Shown: positions 1 through 11,370 of the stretch, one piece after another
How positions within the stretch are numbered: position 1 is the stretch's first letter
Layout of the letters: each line of letters begins with the position of its first letter
Source of the DNA: Tetramitus jugosus
Taxonomy: Eukaryota > Protista > Heterolobosea
Reading direction: 5' to 3'
Length of the DNA stretch: 64,000 nucleotides
Assembly: GCA_937625935.1 (NCBI GenBank)
Contig: CALMHQ010000001.1
Location: forward strand, 39,802 to 103,801
Notes under the pieces: generated by a model
What the model was told of the DNA's origin: nothing
What the model saw: only the letters and a program-made list of their open reading frames with translations
Database searches by the model: none
Made by a program: the position numbers and the translations under genes

Positions 1-21
1 TTGCATCGTTCATGGTTGCCA

Positions 22-272
22 CCAGAAATGACTTTAAGTTTTAGGTGAATTTCACATGTCGCACTGCTAACCTTCTTATTTCTTTGATAGTCCTGATACT
101 GTCCAACCAATCAAGTGTGCTGTTGTGCAACAAGAGACATTGTTCTTAACTACCTCCAGAAATGACCTTAGGTTTTAGGTGAATTTCACATGCCGCGCTA
201 CTAACCTTCTCATCTCTGATACTGTCTAACCAATCAAGTGTTCTGTTGTGCAACAAGAGACGTTGGTCTTAA
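22..272 (+). repeat. Diverged ~125-bp tandem duplication (copies at ~32305-32555 - and ~42969-43219 +)
   Basis: CCAGAAATGAC..TTTTAGGTGAATTTCACATG..AACCAATCAAGTGT..TGTTGTGCAACAAGAGAC occurs twice. Confidence 0.85.
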
Positions 273-2055
273 CTTTGCTCCTAGAAAAAACTCAGTCAGT
301 TTATGTCTTATAGATGAATCGCTTGCACTGCTGTTTAATTAACAATGTTGTGTTCCATGCGTCATATTAGATTGGAGCAATCACGCCTCCATCTCACACT
401 TGACCTCGATCTCGACTTTGGCCTAAGAGGAAAAGTGACCCTCCTGTGTTTCATAAAGACGAACCGTGTGAGCTTCTTGTTTATTCAATAGTGTTGTATG
501 TTACTGGTTTAATTGGATTGGCCAAATGACGACCTTCGGGTCACACTCGATCTCGACTTTGGCCACAACTTCGCGTTCGACGTGACCACTTGTGTTTAAT
601 AGAGACTAACCGCTTGTGCTGTTTGTTTATCTGATAGTGTTATATGTTACTCGTTTCTTTGGATTGTATCAGATATGCTCCCCTAACAAAATTTCTAATT
701 TTCCGACACTAAAAAACGGCGCATTATCAAATGATTCTGCTAAAACTGCAACATATCAATATTTAATTTTGATTCTTCTCCACATAAAATTATCCCGCTA
801 TCTTGCTCCCCTGAGAGTTTCTATTTTCCCGACTTTTATCCACGCATAATTTTATTACTCCGCTTGCGTTGAATATATATATATATGTATACAGTAAATA
901 ATATCACAAGATAATTTCTCCGCATGCTCAGGGAAGGAGCTAAATTTTTCGGAGAAATATACGACGGGGTTATTGGGAACCTGACTGATGACATAGAGAG
1001 GAAATATAGATTATATAAAATGGTGCATGACAGAACCGGGCTAACTTGCTTCCTCTCCATTTTAGCTGTCAATAATTTTTTCGTGTTTTTGGGCTCCTGG
1101 AAAACATGAAATTTTGGCTACTTTGCGAGGAAGCATAGAATCGCCAAAGCGAAAAAACTGACGATATATATGTTCATATTCAAGGAAAAAAAAATACCCA
1201 TTTTTTGACGATTTTATTGATTTACGAAAAAATTCGCTACTTTGAGCGTGGTCGACCTTTTTTTGCTAAAAAAACATGTCTCTACTTCATCTGGTGACCA
1301 AATGGCCTTAAGTACGAACAGTAACTATAACATTTTAACATCGTTATATTTTTCGGTTAGGCTTAAATCCCCGCCAGTAAAAAGTTCCTTATGTTTTTTA
1401 AAATCGTAGGGGGGGGTTTACCGAAAATCACTTTTTGGGTGTTTTTGATTTTCTCGCGCTAATGATTTGCTCACTATATTGCATACTACCTCCATGCATA
1501 CTTTTTTTTCATTATGCTTCCTTTAGAAGTGTCGGAGTTCGGAGTATTAATAGGGGCATTATTACTGGTATCCATTGGAAGTACATACATACAATATATA
1601 TATTTGATATCTGTAGTTTTTCAGGGAAACTGTTTTATCATTCTTTCAGAGACTTACTTTTTCTGCCAGCAACAGAGAGAGAGTGATATGAGAAGACACA
1701 GATGACGCAGTGAAGAAATCACGAGCACGAGAGAATCAGCCAAACGAAGCTGTGGGAGACAGGCCACACACCTAGATCTGACTGCAGCTATCTCCCACAG
1801 TTGAATTTGATTACTCCACTATCGAACATGATTTCTTCTCTAGATCTTATACGACTTCCATGTTTACTTTTTCTTCATTATGCTTCCTTTAGAAGTGTCG
1901 GAGTTCGGAGTATTAATAGGGGCATAGTCAAAGTTCTCCATTGAAACTACATACATACAATATACTTATTTGATAGCTGTAGTTTTTCAGGGAAACTGTT
2001 TTATTACTATATTTGTGGCACGTTTCTGTTGCCGACCACATTCCACCCTCCATCC

Positions 2056-2636
2056 AACTTTTGCACTCGAAATATTGAGTTTCAAAGTGTCAATCGGCTC
2101 TCGCTCTACATAACTATCACAGTTGTGAGGTTCGTGCTCAAGTGAATTGAATATATGAAACACTTTATGTCACAATGGCTCTCGACTGGAGTAGGATTGG
2201 GTGAGCCACATTGTGACATAAAGTGTTTCATATATGGCATCTGCTCAAACACGAACCTCACAACAGCAATGGCTATGTAGAGCGAGAGCCGATTGAAACT
2301 ATGAAACTCAATATTTCGAGTGCAAAAGTTGTTAGTCGAGAGGTGGAGAGTGATGTAGTTAAAAGTCGTCTCACTATAATGAGTTTTGAATTATCAATCG
2401 GCTCTCGCTCTACATAGCTATCACAGTTGTGAGGTTCGTGCTCAAGTGAATTGAATATATGAAACACTTTATGTCACAATGGCTCTCGACTGGAGTAGGA
2501 TTGGGTGAGCCACATTGTGACATAAAGTGTTTCATATATGGGATCTGCTCGAGCACAAACATTATAACAGCAATAGATATACAGAGCGAGAGCCGATTGA
2601 AACTTTGAAACTCAATATTTCGCGCACAAAAGTTGC
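2056..2636. repeat. Two tandem fold-back (palindromic) elements, period 304 bp
   Basis: Perfect 27-bp IR ATATATGAAACACTTTATGTCACAATG (2151-2177 / 2209-2235) inside longer imperfect arms containing TCAATCGGCTCTCGCTC / GAGCGAGAGCCGATTGA. Further copies at ~14990-15250, 15455-15715, 29940-30520, 36300-36860, 38970-39230, 45005-45585 and 59810-60540. Confidence 0.93.
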
Positions 2637-3941
2637 GATGGAGGGTTGGGTGGTGATCGGCAACAGAAAAAGTGCCACAAATATAGTAATAAAACAGTTT
2701 CCCTGAAAAACTACAGCTATCAAATAAGTATATTGTATGTATGAAGTTTCAATGGAGACCAGTAACAATACTCCTATAAATACTCCGAACTCCGACACTT
2801 CTAAAGGAAGCATAGTAGAGAGAAAGCGAGTTGGGAGTAGCAAGCAATATAATAGACAAATGATTAGCGTGAGCGGAGTAACCAAATTCAACTGTGATGG
2901 ACAGAGTCGGATGACTTTCTGGGCGTCGGTCGGAGTTAAATATGACCATCATAGTTGAATATTATTAATCCGCTAGTGCTGATGATTTGATCTTAATATC
3001 TTATACAACTTCCATCTTTACTTTTTCTCTAAAATGCTCCGTTTCAATGTCGGAGAAATTAACTCTCTGAAAGAATAATAAAACAGTTTCCCTGAAAAAC
3101 TACAGCTATCAAATATTTATATATTACGCATACAATTTCAATGGAAAACTTCGACTATGCCCCTATTAATACTCCGAACTCCGACAAATGTAAAGGAAGC
3201 ATAATAGAGAAAAAGTAAAGATGGAAGTTGTAAGCAATATAGTGAAGAGAGGAATAGCACAAGCGAATTGACTGTACGAAACTAAAAAATGTGAAATTTA
3301 GAGAGTGAAATTTGGAGTGAGTTGGTCTGTCGACGAACATTCGTGTGATTTGTTTCGAAAACACCTATTTTCTAAACGGTGCATTGCTTTGGTCTAATTC
3401 TCGTGTTGTTTCATAGCTTCATAATATTGTCTCTGTGGCCCAAGAGTCAGTCAAATTAGACTGGCAGATTTCTTGTCGAAAAAAAAAAGTCCATGGAAAA
3501 GCATCGGAGAAATGATATTTATGGTGAATTAGAACAGAAAATTAATATTTTCTAGGTATTATGGACATAGATTATTAATCCGACATGCCGTTTTTGAGAA
3601 AAAAAGGATTGCTCCTCAGGGGAGTTTTTCCGACCCCTAGTGATGATACAAAAACGTAAAATTTTATGTTGAAATATATTTCATCGGTAGACGATTTACA
3701 ATTGGAGATAGTGATTTTTTGATTTTTTCCGAAAAATTCCAAAAAAGTACAGATGAAACTCCGATGCAGCTAAATGTGTGAACATAGAGTGACACAGGAT
3801 TTTTCGATTTTTGATTTTTGGCCAGATTATGTAGGGTGTCATAGCAACCAGTTTCACCCTGGATGTGCACATATATATATATAGCCGTGACTGGGACCGT
3901 CTCCCAGCCCCCCACGCAAAATACGGTTTTTTGGTGGGAGT

Positions 3942-4425
3942 AAGAGAAAAAAGAGAAAAAAAAAGAAGGAGAAGAGAGAAAAGAAGAAGGAGAAGAGAGA
4001 AAGAAGAAGGAGGAGAGGAGAAGAGAGAGAAGGAGGAGAGAAGGAGGAAGGGAAGAAGGAGGAGAGGAAGGGAGATGAAGGTAGGAGGAAGGAGAAGAGA
4101 AGAGGAAGGAGAAGAGAAGAAGAAAAAAGAAGGTAAGAGGGGAGGTAAGGTATCTAGAAAGTAGGTAAGAGGGGAGGTAAGGTATCTAGAAAGTAGGTAG
4201 AAGGAGGAAGGAGGTAGGCTGAAAGGAGGTAGGCTGAAAGGAGGTAGGCTGAAAGGAGGTAGGCTGAAAGGAGGTAGGAAGAAGGTGGGCCGAGAGAAGG
4301 AGGTAAGAAGGTAGGCCGAAAAGAAGGCAGGCTGAAAGGAGGTAGAAGGAGGTAAGGAGATAGGTAGAAAGGAGGTAGGTAGAAGGAGGTAAGAAGGTAG
4401 GCCGAAAGGAGGTAGGTAGAAAGGA
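3942..4425 (+). repeat. Polypurine tract and AGGTAG-based short repeats upstream of the rRNA unit (copies at ~28152-28635 - and ~46890-47373 +)
   Basis: G/A-only sequence from 3942 to ~4075, 31-bp AGGTAAGAGGGGAGGTAAGGTATCTAGAAAG(T)-type repeat x2, 15-bp AGGAGGTAGGCTGAA x4. Confidence 0.92.
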
Positions 4426-4550
4426 GGCGTGTAGTATAGAATCTAGTATTCTTAATATGAAGCTTATTGCGTCCTGGTGACGTAGTAGGAATAGTGCTTA
4501 TGGGGCTCATGCTTCAGTACAAGCGCACCAACAACTCGCGTTCCGAACAG
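4413..4550 (+). promoter_or_regulatory. Putative RNA Pol I promoter/initiation block of the rRNA unit (copies at 28027-28164 - and 47361-47498 +)
   Basis: 138-bp block ending 158 bp before the SSU, preceded by purine-rich repeats and duplicated elsewhere in the spacer. Function is inferred from position only. Confidence 0.55.
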
Positions 4551-4708
4551 TTTTATCAGTCGTAACTTCGGTTTGACTGCTTTTATAGGTGTTTAGAAAA
4601 ATCTAGTGAGTTTTACGACTCACAAGAACCAATAGATTTTTAATCTAGTTACTAGAAAGCTGCAAGCTTAGCACGCAGTCTTAATAGGGCTAGAGAGAAA
4701 ATCATGAT

Positions 4709-6060
4709 TACCTGGTTGATCCTGCCAGTAGTCATATGCTTGTCTCAAAGATTAAGCCATGCATGTGTAAGATCGGCATAGTTTTGGGAAGAGGTTCGCC
4801 TCAACCCTTATTCATTGTTAATCTGTGAAAGGCTCATTAAACAAGTTATGAATTTAGCCACCTGGTACAACCCTTCGGGGATGGGAATAACACTGTCAAC
4901 TGCAGCGATAATGCCTACGATTACTGTTGAATTAAGTAGACAGTAGACACTAGAGTAAGGGTGAGTCCGCTCTATTGTTAGCTGGGAGGATCCAAGATTC
5001 GTCGGAAGATCTGAACAGTTGTCGACCATTAGATTTTCGCTTGCTTGCAAGCGAATGCAGCGTGAATGACTTAGCGTCCTAATAAGACCTACGGCTTTCT
5101 TGTTGACTAGTGGCCAGGAAGATATGTTTCTAATCTATCAGCTCAGTAGTTTCGGTAAAGGCGAAACGAGGCTATAACGGATACGGGGGATTGGTGTCCA
5201 ACTCCGGAGAGAGAGCCTGAGAAACGGCTATCACATCTAAGGACGGCAGCAGGCGCGTAAATTACCCAATTCTAATTCAGAGAGGTAGTGACAAGACATA
5301 GCGACTTTACACCAAATGGTGGAAAGGTACCACTTTGTGGTTTGAAATGGATGGAGATTAAACCTCTCCATGAGTAGCAATTAGAGGACAAGTCTGGTGC
5401 CAGCACCCGCGGTAATTCCAGCTCTAAAAGTGTATATTAATACTGTTGTAGTTAAAACGCCCGTAGTAAACCAAAGGGTTATAGTTATTGATCTGATCAG
5501 TTCTGTTCATCATAGTCGGTCACGTATTGTGGCTGATTGGGTGAATAAGGACAGGTCCTCGGTCTCTAACGGAAGCGAAAGGGTCCGCCCAATTAGCATC
5601 CGCCATGGGATAGGTCAATGATTATGGCTCGTTCCCTATCAGTCCGTAAGGTCTGATAGGGCCAATTGGCACAACCGTAAACAAATCAGAGTGCTCCAAG
5701 CAGGCAATGTACGGGGTAACCCATTTGCTTGAATGATTTAGCATGGAATTGTCACGAAGCCGATCGGAAACTTCAAGGGATTTCCTGAGAAGTGGAAGAT
5801 CCGGCGTTCGCAATGAGACACTGATAGAGGATCCAAGTACTATGGCGCGAGAGGTGAAATTCAGTGACCGCTATATGACTATCTAATGCGAAAGCAGTTG
5901 TGATCCAGAGCGTGTCTGTCAATCAGGGACGAAAGTTAAGGGATCGAAGATGATTAGATACCGTCGTAGTCTTAACCGTAAACGATACCAACACGAGATT
6001 GGTAGTGAGACTTTTAGATCCTATCAGAATCCAAGGGAAACCGTTAAGTTTTTGGGTTCT

Positions 6061-6106
<46 letters not shown>

Positions 6107-6825
6107 AGGCACCACCAGGAGTGGAGTATGCGGCTTAATTCGACTCAACGCGGGGAAACTCACCAAGTTAGGATGTGAATATGATTGACAGATTAAGGTT
6201 CTTTCTTGATTTTACAGAAGGTGGTGCATGGTCGTTCTTAGTTCGTGGAGTGATTCGTCTTGTTAATTCAGTTAACGAGCGAGACCTTAACTTGCTAATT
6301 AAGGTACAGGGACTTCTTCGGTTGTCCATCGTTTCGTTGGGGGAATGTATATTTCCTCAGGAAACCTGTACTGTCACTGTTCGCAGTGATGCTTCTTAGA
6401 GGTACAGCACCCGCTTCAGGGTGAGGAAGTTTAAGGCAATAACAGATCTGTGATGCCCTTAGATATCTTGGGCTGCACGCGTACTACAATATTAATAGCA
6501 ACAAGTAACGTAGAGTCATCTTTCGGGATGCAACCCTGGTCCGAAAGGATTGGGAAATCTTATCAAAGATTAATGTGACAGGGATCGAGGTTTGTAAATC
6601 CTCGTGAACGAGGAATTCCTAGTAAGCATGATTCATCATGTCGTATTGGCTTCGTCCCTGCCTTTTGTACACACCGCCCGTCGCTCGTACCGACTGAATA
6701 GAGGTATGAATTTGATGGACCAGCGTTGCTCTAAGCAATGCGAGAAAATCAACTGAATTTCTCTATTTGTAGGAACGAGAAGTCGTAACAAGGTCTTCGT
6801 AGGTGAACCTGCGGAGGGATCATTT
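4709..6825 (+). rRNA. 18S (SSU) rRNA, copy 1, ~2.12 kb, no group I intron
   Basis: Starts TACCTGGTTGATCCTGCCAGTAGTCATATGCTTGTCTCAAAGATTAAGCCATGC. Internal GTGCCAGCACCCGCGGTAATTCC, AAACTTAAAGGAATTGACGG and TTGTACACACCGCCCGTCGC. Ends AAGTCGTAACAAGGTCTTCGTAGGTGAACCTGCGGAGGGATCATTT. Confidence 0.98.
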
Positions 6826-7067
6826 ATTCGGTTGCATCAACCAGGCAATCTTCGGATTGTCATGCAACCACTGACATTGTCAGAAGGTCAACATTGGAAT
6901 CTCCGTCCAATGTTAAGACTTGACTGGTAGGAGAGTAAAACAAAAGACATTGAAGTCGATCACATTTCGATGTGACGATGTCTTTTCACAACTAGTGTGT
7001 GTTTTGAGGAGTATCAGAAACAATCCGTTCTGATGCGTCACTTTGGTGAAACTCAGCGACTAGGATG
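6826..7067 (+). other. ITS1 (~240 nt, rich in hairpins)
   Basis: Lies between the SSU 3' end and 5.8S. Contains hairpins such as AAAAGACAT..GATCACATTTCGATGTGACGATGTCTTTT at ~6942-6985. Boundaries approximate. Confidence 0.85.
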
Positions 7068-7227
7068 GATGCTTTGCGATGGATGACTAGGGTCTTGTAT
7101 CGATGAAGAACGCGGTTAAACGTGACAGTTAATGTGACTTGCAACTCCCGTGAATCATCAAGATTTTGAACGCATACGGAACTCTTGCTGCTTTCGAGTA
7201 GCAAGGGTACTTGCTTGTGAGTGTCAG
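7068..7227 (+). rRNA. 5.8S rRNA, copy 1
   Basis: Conserved motifs TCGATGAAGAACGC, GTGAATCATCAAGATTTTGAACGCA and terminal TGAGTGTCA. Ends approximate. Confidence 0.93.
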
Positions 7228-7354
7228 TATCTCATTCATATTAGCTTTGGGAGGTCTTTCAACCAATTGATTTGGATTTAAGAACCCTCAGCTATCGTCA
7301 ATCTTAGGATTGGGTACAGAGATATCTTCGGATTTTTCATACATACTGATTTTT
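7228..7354 (+). other. ITS2 (~125 nt)
   Basis: Lies between 5.8S and the LSU start motif TGACCTC...ACCCACTGAATTTAAGCATAT. Boundaries approximate. Confidence 0.8.
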
Positions 7355-9832
7355 CTGACCTCATTTGTGAGTGGTTACCCACTGAATTTAAGCATATTAG
7401 TAAGTGGAGGAAAAGAAATCAAAAGAGATTCTCCTAGTAGCGGCGAGCGAAAAGAGAAAAGCCCATCCCTGAATCCGAACAATTGTTTGGAGTTGTAGGG
7501 TAAGAGTTGATCGCCTGGAGGCAAATAGAAGTAAAGTCTGTGTTTGGAATTACACGTCTCTTCGGAGGGCGAGACAGGGTGATAGCCCCGTCAGCTTCTA
7601 TAAGCTTTCGATCGGTGATCTTCTCATGAGTAGGATTCTTTGAAAGTAGAATCTGAATACGGGAGATGAACTTCTTCCAAGGCTAAATATTAATACAAGA
7701 CACCGATAGCAAACAAGTACCGAGAGGGAAAGTTGAAAAGATTCCTGGTAAGGAGCTGAAAAATGTCTGAAATCGCTGAGCAAAAAGCGGAACCAACAAG
7801 TTCTAGGACTGTAGTCTTGTACAATCTGGATTTATCCTGATGTACTCAAGGATTACTCAACCAACGCCATGTCTTCTGGGCACGGTAAAAAAGCAGGTTC
7901 TTCGGTCTGAAGACTGCTGGAAATCACCTATGAAGCTGAAGTCAGACACCTTATCTAAGATAGGGTAGACGGCTAAGGCCAGTGGGTGCTTCTCAGTAGT
8001 TCGAAAGCAATGGCCCCTGCAATCGTTGGTAAAGGACATTGGATCCGGCCCGTCTTGAAACACGGACCAAGGAGTTTGACATAATAGCGAGCAGTGGTGA
8101 TTTGAAATCATGTATGCGTAATGAATGTGAAATGTATTAGCTTCGGCGACGTACAGGCCAATCCAGTAGACTTCGGTCGTGGAATTGCGTTCTAGTTATT
8201 ATGTTAAGACCCGAAAGATGGTGATCTATACTTGAACAGATTGAAGCCAGGGTAACCTCTGGTGGAGGATCTTGTAACGATGTTGACGTGCAAATCGCTC
8301 GTCGCACTTGAGTATTGGAGCGAAAGACTCATCGAACCATCAGGTAGCTGGTTCCTTCCGAAATTTCCCTCAGGATAGCTAGAATCGGAATAACTTTGTG
8401 AGGTAAAGCTAATGATTAGAGGCCTTGGGGTTGGAAAGCCTTAACCTATTCTCAAACTTTAAATATGCAAAAAGTATTGGTTACTTAATCGAACCATGTC
8501 AATAGTATTGATTCTTAGTGGGCCGTGTTATGGTAAGCAGAACAGGCAATGTGGGTTAAACCGTGAGCAAGTGAGAAATGTGTCTAAATCTAAGCTTAGT
8601 CGAAACCATAAAAGGCGTTGGTTCATTTTGACAGCAGGACGGTGGCCATGGAAGCTGGAATCCGCTAAGGAGTGCGTAACAGCTCACCTGCCGAATGGAG
8701 CAGCCCTGAAAATGGATGACGCCAAAGCGTTGATACTTCTCTCATGCAGTTATCACTATTTTGTATGTGATGACTTGTAGGAAGGCGTGACGGTTGCGTA
8801 GAAGCTTATTTAGTGATAATGAGTGGAGCGGCCGTTAGTGCAGATCTTGGTAGTAGTAGCAACTATTCTGGAGAGACTCTGTGTCTTTATCTAGCAGGTG
8901 GTCCAACGTCAATGTTGGATAAAGAGCTTAAATCTTGAAGGTCGTAGTGGAGAAGGTTTCCTTGTCAATGGAAATCAGACAAGGGTTAGTCGGTCCTAAC
9001 TGTCTGGGTAACTCCTATTAGTAGCTTTCGAGCGGCTATGATGGGCAGGAAAGGGAATCAGGCTAAAATTCCTGAACTGTGGTTAGAAGAGTGCTGGTGT
9101 TCGCATCAGCATGAAGCTGCAAAGCCTCGTTCAGTTGGCGTAGCGTCTCGGTGGCTGTGGAAGAGTCCGCTTTTCTCCCTAACAGCGATTGGCCTCACGG
9201 CACTAACCTTGGTTGGTGTTGGAGGTTTATTATCTCCCATGAATTGTGTAGAACAGAGATTGGGAAATATTAGAGCTGAAAAGGCAGGCACTATTATTGT
9301 GGCTGTACAGTTCTCCGAAGCGTAAATAGAATGCCAATTGAATGTTATCATCTGACTCTTCTAACTGTAACCGTACCAGAATCCGCAACAGGTCTCCAAG
9401 GTTAAAAGCCTCTGACCAATTAGAACAATGTAAGTAAGGGAAGTCGGCAAAATGGATTTGTACTTTTGAAATAAAGGTTGGCTCTTGTGATAGGGTGCTT
9501 CGGGTGGCGCAAGAAGGGTATCACGCACGGTTAACCCCGTGTGAGTGGTGTGCAGAAATTGCGGATTGATGAGTAGGTTCGCCGAAAGTTAAGAAGCTTT
9601 ACACTGTGCATCCGGTACTTGGGCGGCGTCAAGCAGTGTGTTACGGGAGAACCTGTGACACACCGGCGGAGTACAATAAACTATTGTTCGAGAACTGACA
9701 GATCCCAGGAGAATTCGACTGTTTAATTAAAACAAAGCAAACAGATAACAGTTCAAAACGGATTGTGGCTGTTTGTGACTTCTGCCCAGTGCTCTGGATG
9801 TCAAAGTGAAGAGATTCGATCAAGCACGGGTT

Positions 9833-9882
<50 letters not shown>

Positions 9883-10495
9883 TTAATTTGTGACGTGCAT
9901 GAATGGAACAACGAAATTCTTACTGTCCCTATTTACGGTCTAGCGAACCTACAGCCAAGGGAACGGGCTTGGGTTAGTCAGCGGGGAAAGAAGACCCTGT
10001 TGAGTTTGACTCTAGTTTGGTTTTGTGGAATACCGAAAGAGATGTAGTATAGGTGGGAGAGCTTGCTCAACAATGAAATACCACTGCTTTTTACTGGTAT
10101 CTCACTCACTATATTAAAGAGCGAAGTATTCTATGGGTTTACCCATGGAAGACTCTTCTAGTATAGAAGCGCGTGGCTTCGGTCATGCGTAAGCTTATGA
10201 TTGATATGGGACATAACCAAGTGGGGAGTTTGGCTGGGGCGGCACATCTGTTAAAAGCTAACGCAGGTGTACAAAGGTTGGCACAGATAGGTCAGAAACC
10301 TATCGTAGCGAACAAGGTCAATAGCCAGCTTGACAAATACTTTCAGTACAAGTATTAGCCGTGAAAGCGTGTCCTAGCGATCCTTTAGCGAACATCACGT
10401 TTACGTGTAGTGCTTCAAAGTTCGAAGCTAGAGGTGTCAGAAAAATTACCATAGGGATAACTGGCTTGTGGCAGCCAAGCGTTCATAGCGACGTT

Positions 10496-10540
<45 letters not shown>

Positions 10541-10575
10541 GAATTCTCAAAGTGTTGGATTGTTCACCCACTAAC

Positions 10576-10630
<55 letters not shown>

Positions 10631-11095
10631 ACTTATTTTTGACGCGAAAGCGTCTGGTCCAGCGTGGCGGTAATAGGTTTTAGTACGAGAGGAACCACCT
10701 TATGATGCCTCTGGCTCACCTTTTATCGGCAACGATCGTGAAGAGTGTCTACGCATCTTGACCAACGCCTGAACGCCTCTAAGGCGGAAGTCATTCCGGA
10801 TCGCTGGATTATTGGTGTTGGACTTTATTTATACAAGTCAAAGCCTAGCTTAATCACTGTGGCCAATTTTAACCACTTCCTAACCGGGTGGGGTACGTGC
10901 ATTCCTATGAGTGTGCTTACTTCGTTCGAGGGTTGTGGTCAGAAGCCAGTTCGAATGCAAACAAGTGGTAGCAGTTACTCTTCTGGAAGACCACCAGGGA
11001 AGAAGATCGCAATCTTGCGGTATTTGGGCAAAGTGCAGGTGTACGATCATAAGGTGATTCAATCGCCGAATGACTGAGCCGAGCACGACTTGCCA
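7355..11095 (+). rRNA. 28S (LSU) rRNA, copy 1, no group I intron; 3' end approximate
   Basis: ACCCACTGAATTTAAGCATAT, CCGTCTTGAAACACGGACCAAGGAG, GACTCTCTTAAGGTAGCCAAATGCCTCGTC, the peptidyl-transferase region (GATGTCGGCTCTTCC, GAGCTGGGTTTAGACCGTCGTGAGACAGG) and the sarcin-ricin loop AGTACGAGAGGAACC at ~10682. Confidence 0.96.
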
Positions 11096-11317
11096 AGGAG
11101 GATAAGGTGATCCTTTGATCACGTTTTCGTGAAACAGAGGAAGGCCCGTAAAGGGAGAGAGGGGGATCCCAAGACCCGAAGAGGGAGAGGGAGGCCCAAG
11201 CCCAGAATGGATGGGGCAATCTAACTCTGACATGAGGCCCAAGGCCTTTCTGGCTCATCTTCTGCTTTCCTTGTCGCCTTGTTGGTTTGGATAGAAAGTG
11301 TTCCACTTGGTTGGGCC

Positions 11318-11366
11318 ATTATTTTTAAAAGTTTATATAAATTTTTCTTATTATTATTTTTTTTCA
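11318..11366 (+). terminator. T-rich tract after the 3' ETS, candidate Pol I transcript release site
   Basis: ATTATTTTTAAAAGTTTATATAAATTTTTCTTATTATTATTTTTTTTC immediately precedes the 625-bp array. Function inferred from position. Confidence 0.35.
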
Positions 11367-11370
11367 AATT

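Noticed and set aside
3865-4510. 99-aa K/R/E-rich and 118-aa L/P/S/Y-rich ORFs
   Set aside because: Translations of the polypurine and 15-bp repeats; low-complexity artefacts.
4808-11306. Short ORFs overlapping the rRNA genes (and their mirror copies)
   Set aside because: Chance ORFs within or antisense to conserved rRNA sequence.
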